NCBI GenBank assembly: GCA_016181275.1
Contig: JACOZQ010000024.1
Coordinates: 661 to 53,405, forward strand
Reading direction: 5' to 3'
Length of the DNA: 52,745 bases
Source: Candidatus Woesearchaeota archaeon
Lineage (GTDB): Archaea > Nanobdellota > Nanobdellia > SCGC-AAA011-G17 > ARS1403
Shown here: piece after piece, positions 1 through 6,042 of the stretch
Layout: every line of letters starts with the position of its first letter
Position numbering within the stretch: position 1 is the stretch's first letter
Translations under genes and position numbers: made by a program
The notes under the pieces: generated by a model
Seen by the model: the letters and a program-made list of their open reading frames with translations, nothing else
The model's database searches: none
What the model was told of the DNA's origin: nothing

Positions 1-171
1 AGATTCCATTTTTCTCTTACTTTTATTCTTATAGTCCACATAAATTAATTAGGAATATTCCGATATTTAAAATTAACTGATTTTTACTGATAAATCAATA
101 ACTCCCTTTAATGTTACAATTCATTGTTGAAGATTATACAATTTTATGATTTAGTTACCTATATATAATAC

Positions 172-558
172 ATGATCTTTAGCTCGTTTATGAAGAATAA
201 AAATCTGACAAAAGAGCAATATCATATCCTTAAAGAAAAAGGAACCGAGCTGCCTTTTACTGGAAAACTGCTGAAGGAAAAAAGAAAAGGAATGTATGTC
301 TGCGTTGCTTGCGGAAATGAATTATTCTCCTCAAAAGCGAAATTTGATTCAGGCACTGGCTGGCCAAGCTTTTATGATGCTGTTGACAAGAAAAAAATAA
401 TATTAAAAGAAGACAATGGCTTGTTGATGAAGAGAATCGAAGTGATCTGCAGTAAATGCGGAGGCCATCTCGGGCATTTATTCGAGGATGGTCCTAAGCC
501 TACAGGAAAAAGATACTGCATAAATTCCGCTGCTTTAGATTTCAAAGCAAAGGTCTAA
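172..558 (+). CDS. msrB: Peptide-methionine (R)-S-oxide reductase MsrB
   Basis: Two CxxC zinc pairs (CVACGNEL, CSKCGGHL), GTGWPSF, and the catalytic RYCINSAAL motif are typical of MsrB/SelR. ATG at 190 (MKNKN) is an alternative start. Confidence 0.9.
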   Translation: MIFSSFMKNKNLTKEQYHILKEKGTELPFTGKLLKEKRKGMYVCVACGNELFSSKAKFDSGTGWPSFYDAVDKKKIILKEDNGLLMKRIEVICSKCGGHLGHLFEDGPKPTGKRYCINSAALDFKAKV

Positions 559-560
559 TA

Positions 561-600
561 TTTTTCTTTGGACACGATTTCTTTTTTCAAAAAAGAAATG
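561..600 (+). repeat. Copy A of a conserved ~40-nt post-stop element (T-tract, GGACACGA core, A/T hairpin)
   Basis: 561-587 is identical over 27 nt to 10611-10637. It is followed by the arms ATTTCTTTTTT / AAAAAAGAAAT. It starts 3 nt after the msrB stop codon. Confidence 0.6.
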
Positions 601-727
601 GTGAAAGCGGAGCGATAAAAAGTTTTAAATACCCTATTTTTTAATTAATTTTAGTTAACATGCAGGAATTAAGAGCATCTTTGATAACAGAGAATGTTTC
701 TATTTCTTGTGTATATATAGGAGGAAA

Positions 728-1096
728 ATGAGTAAAATGGAAGGAACAGTTAAGTGGTATAATATGAGAAAGGGATATGGCTTTATTCAAGGCGAGGACG
801 GGAATGATTATTTCGTTCACTTTTCGGCTTTAGATGGGGCTATGTTAAGAGAAGGAGACAAAGTAAGCTTTCAGGCAGCTGATACTGACAAAGGAAAGCA
901 GGCCCAGAAAGTAAAGTTACTGCAGAAAGGAAGCGAGAGAGGAAGAGAAAGAAAAGACAGCGGAGAGGAGCAAAATGTAGAGATTAATGATGATGGCGAC
1001 GATGACTCAGGCTCTGACGAAAACGGCGAAGAAGGCAGTGATGGCGACTTTGATGACGAAGAAAATTCCGAAGAAGAAAGTTCTGAAGAGGAATAA
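728..1096 (+). CDS. Cold-shock domain (CspA-family) protein with a ~55-aa D/E/S-rich acidic C-terminal tail
   Basis: GTVKWYNMRKGYGFI and DYFVHFSAL match the RNP1/RNP2 motifs of the cold-shock domain. GGAGG at 719-723 precedes ATG 728, so the TTG at 707 in the ORF track is probably not the start. The tail reads DDGDDDSGSDENGEEGSDGDFDDEENSEEESSEEE. Confidence 0.85.
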   Translation: MSKMEGTVKWYNMRKGYGFIQGEDGNDYFVHFSALDGAMLREGDKVSFQAADTDKGKQAQKVKLLQKGSERGRERKDSGEEQNVEINDDGDDDSGSDENGEEGSDGDFDDEENSEEESSEEE

Positions 1097-1284
1097 TCCT
1101 AATCAATAGCAATCAAAAATATTTCTTTATTTTTTTATTTTTATTTTTTCATAGAAAAGTACAATAAAATGATTTAGGTTTTGCTTGGCCTAAACACATG
1201 GTAATTCTCGATAGATTTTTGCATAGCCGATTGCATCAATCAAATTTCTCACAGCTTCGCCTGATTCTTTCGTACGAAAATCTA

Positions 1285-1473
1285 TTAGTATTTTTTTAGC
1301 AGTTGACAGCTCCAAGAATTTAAAAGAAAAATCAAATAAATCTTTTCTTCTCTTCCAAAATTCCTAATAACATTTCTACTCGTTCCTGTAAAATAAAAAG
1401 GCATTTCTTCTATCCTGGATACTACCTCTGCTATTGATTCATGATAATTTTTCTCTGCTTTTTCCCTATCCAT
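1285..1473 (-). CDS. Hypothetical small protein, possibly the 5' part of a frameshifted gene
   Basis: There is no recognisable motif. A second minus-strand frame continues from about 1330 to a TAG at 1190-1192 (...FKFLELSTAKKILIDFRTKESGEAVRNLIDAIGYAKIYRELPCV). A single frameshift would therefore join two protein-like pieces. Confidence 0.3.
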   Translation of the reverse strand: MDREKAEKNYHESIAEVVSRIEEMPFYFTGTSRNVIRNFGREEKIYLIFLLNSWSCQLLKKY

Positions 1474-1573
1474 AAACTTTCCAAAAAAATATTTATTTAT
1501 AATTCTTTTGTAATTGGAGATGATAACAATTGATAACGAATTTTTTAGGGTAAGTTAAAAAACCAAGGAGAAG

Positions 1574-1582
1574 TTTTAAATA
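1574..1582 (+). promoter_or_regulatory. TATA-like box for tRNA-Trp
   Basis: TTTTAAATA is centred about 30 nt upstream of tRNA position 1. This is the spacing expected for an archaeal promoter. Confidence 0.5.
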
Positions 1583-1607
1583 TCATCCTTTCTGAATTAT
1601 TTTGAAA

Positions 1608-1723
1608 GGGTCCGTAGCATAAGCAGGTAGTGTAACCGGCTCCAGTTCAAGCTTTTAAAAAAATCTTGAGCAAAAATTTCGAGAAGAAACCGGTTGATGA
1701 GGGTTCAAATCCCTCCGGTCCCA
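1608..1723 (+). tRNA. tRNA-Trp (anticodon CCA) with a 43-nt intron at the canonical 37/38 position
   Basis: Hand-folded cloverleaf:
- Acceptor GGGUCCG / CGGUCCC, with one U4-U69 mismatch.
- D arm GCAU/GUGU, with GG in the loop.
- Anticodon stem ACCGG (1635-1639) / CCGGU (1690-1694).
- Anticodon loop CU-CCA-G[intron 1646-1688]A.
- T arm GAGGG-UUCAAAU-CCCUC, discriminator A, and no encoded CCA.

The exons closely resemble archaeal tRNA-Trp as I remember it. Confidence 0.85.
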
Positions 1724-1863
1724 GCTGTTTTAACTTCCAGTTACAATAAACCTATCTGCTGGAAAATATTTTTTGAAAAATCTGCTTTTGTTGTTACTGC
1801 TGGTGACAAATTCTCCTATTTTGTAATTATTTTATAATAGTAAAATTTTAGAAATATTTATAA

Positions 1864-3651
1864 ATGGTGTTTTTGGGTACTATGAAGGGGTTAAAAATAA
1901 TGAATCAATGGCTTTTAGATATAATAAGAGATTTCCAAACTTTACCACTTATTAGAAGATTTAATTCTGATTATTATGAAATAAATAGAATTTCCCTCGA
2001 AAAAAGAATTTCATTTGAAAATGCTGTTAGAGCATATCAAGCAAATGAAGCTGCAAGAATATTATTACAATTAAACAGACAGCAAGCTGAAAAAGATTTG
2101 GATCAAAGAAGAGAAATCGTTGAAAGAGTTCTATCTGAAAATAAAAAAGATAACTTGAGTTTGAGAAAAAGAATTGTTTTCAGCGGGAATAAAGGCGGTG
2201 TTGGAAAAACAACTCTAATGGTTCAGAGCCTTGGAGCATTTATTGAACTATTATCTCCTTTTATTGAAAAATATAGATTATCTCTTGCTGGCATTGAGGC
2301 AGACTTGTCAGATCCTCAAGTTGGATATCATTTTTCAAGCTGGATGCCAAATCTTCCTCTTGATAATCCTGATCTTAGCGAAGTTCGCTTCTTAAATTTC
2401 TTTGGATTTGAAAACAAAGATAGGGATGCGGCCGAGTTATTAAAAGAATGTTTGTATCCTGTTCCACAATTTGAAGGTGTTTATCTAGCTGCAATTCCTG
2501 AAAATCAATTCGTTTTGGAAACATTAGCTACTCTCCTTGGAGAAGGAAAAGATTATGTTGATAATATGTATAGATTAGCTCGCGGTTTTAGAAATTTAGA
2601 TGCTGATTTTGTTTTTGCTGATGTTCGAGCTGGCAGAACACCTCACGAAGTATTGAGCTTCTGGCATGATTCAGATGTAAGGGTTGGAAGCCATATGGCA
2701 GATGATGATTCAATAATACCTTTAGTAAATTTACTGCAAAATTCGCAAAGGACAAATATTTTACATACAGCAAGAGGAATGATCAATGAAGAGTATAATG
2801 GAAAGATTTTTACATTAGAAGCACAGTCGGGAGAAATTACTGAGAGAATAAAAGAGAAATCTTTGCTGATTGAGAACTTGGATGAGAAAATCAAACCCCT
2901 TGAAGAAAAAATCTATGCAGCTGAAGAAGAAAGAAAAAGATTGAATCCTCAAATTAGGGAGAAAACTAATTTATTGAAAAGCCTTGAAGGCAATGAAAGT
3001 GTTGGAGAAATTTATAGAATACAATCTGATGAGCTCAAAAGTCTGAAAGATGGAAAACAGAAAATAGATGCAAAATTGAAGTCGTTTAGAAAAGAGATTA
3101 CATCTCCTAAAATTGAAAGGAATAGATATTCTGCTGAAAGAGATAATTTGAAAGAAAGAGGAGACGATTATAATGCAAGAGCTGCTGGCCTGAGGGCAAC
3201 AAGGGATAAAACACTGGAGGAATTAAAAGGCTTGAGAAGTCTAGCAGAAATAGAATCAAAGTTTAGAGAATTAAATGAATCCGGCGAGCTTAATCTTCAA
3301 TTGGCATATTCAGAGCATCCAGTAATACAAGTTCCGAATATAATAAAGGCTGACTTTTCACATGCAGCTTCAATAGCGCATGATACAATTGTTGAACTGA
3401 TGGTGAAAGAAGGATTTCCTACTTCAAATATATATCCTGTAATTGGGTCTGATGGGAAATATAAAAATAGGGATTTCTTCATTGATTATTCTGGACATGT
3501 TATAGACAGCAGAAAAAAAGGAATTCCTATTGTTTTTAGCGATGATGAAGAAGCAAGATTCAGTCCTGCTGCTAATGAATATAGATTATTGGCATGGAAT
3601 GAATTTGTACATATGTTTAAATTAGTTGAACCGGATTTGGAGGAAAATTAA
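1864..3651 (+). CDS. ParA/MinD-family (deviant Walker A) ATPase interrupted by a long coiled-coil segment
   Basis: VFSGNKGGVGKTTL is a KGGxGK[ST] deviant Walker A. AGIEADLSDP and FVFADVRAG look like the A' and B motifs. About 160 aa of heptad-like charged sequence (nt ~2830-3300) follows. After it comes a C-terminal segment that again resembles the end of the ParA fold. Alternative starts are at 1882 and 1900. Confidence 0.75.
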   Translation: MVFLGTMKGLKIMNQWLLDIIRDFQTLPLIRRFNSDYYEINRISLEKRISFENAVRAYQANEAARILLQLNRQQAEKDLDQRREIVERVLSENKKDNLSLRKRIVFSGNKGGVGKTTLMVQSLGAFIELLSPFIEKYRLSLAGIEADLSDPQVGYHFSSWMPNLPLDNPDLSEVRFLNFFGFENKDRDAAELLKECLYPVPQFEGVYLAAIPENQFVLETLATLLGEGKDYVDNMYRLARGFRNLDADFVFADVRAGRTPHEVLSFWHDSDVRVGSHMADDDSIIPLVNLLQNSQRTNILHTARGMINEEYNGKIFTLEAQSGEITERIKEKSLLIENLDEKIKPLEEKIYAAEEERKRLNPQIREKTNLLKSLEGNESVGEIYRIQSDELKSLKDGKQKIDAKLKSFRKEITSPKIERNRYSAERDNLKERGDDYNARAAGLRATRDKTLEELKGLRSLAEIESKFRELNESGELNLQLAYSEHPVIQVPNIIKADFSHAASIAHDTIVELMVKEGFPTSNIYPVIGSDGKYKNRDFFIDYSGHVIDSRKKGIPIVFSDDEEARFSPAANEYRLLAWNEFVHMFKLVEPDLEEN

Positions 3652-3652
3652 T

Positions 3653-4402
3653 ATGAGTAATGAAAGAATAGAACTAATAGGAAGGAGAATTGCAGAAGCA
3701 GAACCAGTCCAAATTTATGAAGAAACAAAAGAGGATCACAAAAGATATTGGAACTTAGGAAGATTAGGTTATGCTGCTCTTGCCGCGGTCGTTGTTATTG
3801 GGAGTGGTGCAATTTTACATACTTCTGGAAAAAGCACTGCTATAAGAAGAATAGTAGAACCATTGAGATCAACAATTGAAGCACTTGCAAGTGAAAATGC
3901 AGGATTAAAAAATATAAATGAAAGATTGAATAATAATATTACATCATTAACTACTGAAAGAGATTCTTTAAGAGAGTCTAATGAAGGAATATTAAATTTT
4001 AGCAGAGAATATGTTAAAAAAAGCCAAGAAAAACTTATCTATGCTCAAAGAGCAAATGCTGCCTTGCTTGAATCATATCCTGATGACATAAGAAGCAATG
4101 ACTATAAATATTCTGAGAGAACTCAAAATGGAAAGAGAGTTGCTCAGCTGGAGATTATAGCTTATTCTACAGAAGATCCTGAAGAGCTTGCAAAAAGGTT
4201 TGAAACTAAAAAAGGATTTGAGGAAAAATATCCTGGTTTGCTGGATAAAGCTGAAAAAATAAAACAGATTGATCTGAGAAAGTTGAGGCTTACTGAAAAT
4301 GATGACAATGTTTTCGAAATAAGACCTACATACGAAGGAGAGACAACAGCTGACACAACTTTCACATACAGGCATCTTGACTTAATAAATTATAGAAAAT
4401 GA
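3653..4402 (+). CDS. Bitopic membrane protein with a coiled-coil ectodomain
   Basis: GGAGG at 3639-3643 precedes ATG 3653, which lies 1 nt after the upstream TAA. There is one hydrophobic span (LGYAALAAVVVIGSGAIL) after a basic N-terminus. A heptad-rich stretch follows (IEALASENAGLKNINERLNNNITSLTTERDSL). Confidence 0.7.
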   Translation: MSNERIELIGRRIAEAEPVQIYEETKEDHKRYWNLGRLGYAALAAVVVIGSGAILHTSGKSTAIRRIVEPLRSTIEALASENAGLKNINERLNNNITSLTTERDSLRESNEGILNFSREYVKKSQEKLIYAQRANAALLESYPDDIRSNDYKYSERTQNGKRVAQLEIIAYSTEDPEELAKRFETKKGFEEKYPGLLDKAEKIKQIDLRKLRLTENDDNVFEIRPTYEGETTADTTFTYRHLDLINYRK

Positions 4403-4416
4403 AAGGAGAAAACAAA

Positions 4417-6042
4417 ATGAGAAAAATAACTAAATTAATGTTGGCGAGTGCATTAGCACTGGGATTTAATGGAAATGCAAGAGCAGATTACATTCAGCAT
4501 CTTTCAGATGAATATAACATATCTATTGAGAGACTTCAAGTTTTAAGAGGAAACTTGTTTAATGATTTAAACCTTATAGGCGTCATGAAAGGTGGCTTTA
4601 ATTATGATTTGAGAGACAGCTCTTTTGCACAATATATGAAAAGGAGATTTGGAAATGAAGGAAATACTGTTTATGAATTCCTGAATCAGGGAGCAACAGA
4701 AGAATTTGGAGTATCTGTTGACAGTGCAACCGGAGGCACATTCCTAAACAGGATGATAGTAACTCCCGATTCTGTAAGGACAATATCTTTACCTCTTAAT
4801 ACTACTGGAAACTTCATGAATAAGCTTGCTCTAAAAATAGACTCAGCCTCAAGCATATTTCATAGAATGGAAAAGGACAATAGAGAAATAAATTTTGAGA
4901 TAGTTGGAGGCGATGATTATATGCGAGTTGTAGAGGGATTGCCTGAAAACGTTTTAAGAAACAAAAATGTAATTCCTGGATCAACTTTCATGACTAAAGA
5001 AGAGATTGAAGGTTTTTACCAAATATCTGGAATTAAAGGGGCTCTATCAAATGCTTTTAATTCTATAGACGGCGGCAGAACATTAGGAGAAATCTTTTCA
5101 ACCACGTTTGAGAGCAAGTTATCTACTAATTATGCTATAAATGAAAAAGGACAAGCAGTCATAACTACAAGTTTGAACCAGAATGGAGATATGCCTATAA
5201 CTGTGCATTCAATTGTTGAATCATATCTTTTGCCTAAATTTGAAACTAGATTGGATTTCAATAATCCCGAGCATATGCAGATTTCTGAGCTCGAAGTCGT
5301 TGTTGCAGAAACATCTCAACCAGCTGCTCCAGCTCAAGTTGACTCACAAACTATCTATATTGAAGCAACTACTGAAACTGCTCCAGCTGATACTGGAAGC
5401 GTTGCTGAAATTCCAGCTGAACCAGATACTGCAAAAAAAGTTACAGTTCCTGCTGAAACAGTCACAAGAGTTGCAGAAGCTGAAAGAGGATTATCATTTG
5501 TAGTTGCCGGAGAATATTCAAACATGTCAACTTATCCTACAGGAGTATTTGGAGTTAGAGCTGGAAGATGGATGCCGTTTTTTGCATACGGAGTTGACAG
5601 GAACAGCTTGGATGAGACAGTTAGATTTGAAGCTGATTCTCAAGGAAGACATACTGAATTCGATGTAAATACTAATGGAGATACTAGAAGAATTGTTGCT
5701 GGACTGAATTATGTGCAGGAGTTTGGAAGAAAAAATGCTGCCAAGAAATTAGCTTTGATTCTTGGGATGCATGCTGGAAAAGAATTTTCAAATTCAAAGG
5801 GAGCAAGCACCTCAACAAGGTATTCTAATGAGCTGCCTATTGAAGTAAAAGCTCCTGTATTTTTGGATGGAAGCAGCTCAAGCCTTGTATACGGGCCACA
5901 AGTTGGATTGCAGTATGGAAACATTGGATTATTTGGAAGCTATGATGTTGATAGATCTATCGAGCAATTTGGAATTAAAAAATCTACAAAAAGAATTGGT
6001 GGCGGATTAATAATTAATTTCGGAGGACAAAAAGATGAATAA
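4417..6042 (+). CDS. Secreted protein: signal peptide, P/A/E/T-rich linker, C-terminal beta-barrel-like domain
   Basis: AGGAG at 4404-4408 precedes ATG 4417; an ATGA overlap start at 4399 is also possible. The signal peptide is MRKITKLMLASALALGFNGNARA. The linker is SQPAAPAQV...APADTGSVAEIPAEPDTA. The last ~180 aa show alternating hydrophobic strands with Gly/aromatic residues. Confidence 0.7.
   Translation: MRKITKLMLASALALGFNGNARADYIQHLSDEYNISIERLQVLRGNLFNDLNLIGVMKGGFNYDLRDSSFAQYMKRRFGNEGNTVYEFLNQGATEEFGVSVDSATGGTFLNRMIVTPDSVRTISLPLNTTGNFMNKLALKIDSASSIFHRMEKDNREINFEIVGGDDYMRVVEGLPENVLRNKNVIPGSTFMTKEEIEGFYQISGIKGALSNAFNSIDGGRTLGEIFSTTFESKLSTNYAINEKGQAVITTSLNQNGDMPITVHSIVESYLLPKFETRLDFNNPEHMQISELEVVVAETSQPAAPAQVDSQTIYIEATTETAPADTGSVAEIPAEPDTAKKVTVPAETVTRVAEAERGLSFVVAGEYSNMSTYPTGVFGVRAGRWMPFFAYGVDRNSLDETVRFEADSQGRHTEFDVNTNGDTRRIVAGLNYVQEFGRKNAAKKLALILGMHAGKEFSNSKGASTSTRYSNELPIEVKAPVFLDGSSSSLVYGPQVGLQYGNIGLFGSYDVDRSIEQFGIKKSTKRIGGGLIINFGGQKDE

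Noticed and set aside
707-727. The upstream alternative (TTG or other non-ATG) starts given in the ORF track for several genes: 707 csp, 3626, 8810, 10204, 17097 smc, 34572 and 37613 nrdR.
   Set aside because: In most cases an ATG preceded by a GGAGG-like sequence, or one matching the conserved family N-terminus, lies a few codons downstream. For smc and the ThyA-like fusion the choice rests only on an in-frame ATG shortly downstream. The extensions add non-conserved residues or remove a signal peptide from the N-terminus.
1694-1702. UGAUGA in tRNA-Trp exon 2 (GGUUGAUGAGGG) as a possible box C of an intron-associated C/D guide RNA.
   Set aside because: The hexamer is part of the variable loop and T stem of the mature tRNA. 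The same UUGAU context occurs in other archaeal tRNA-Trp sequences I recall. No matching D box (CUGA) or C'/D' pair exists in the 43-nt intron.
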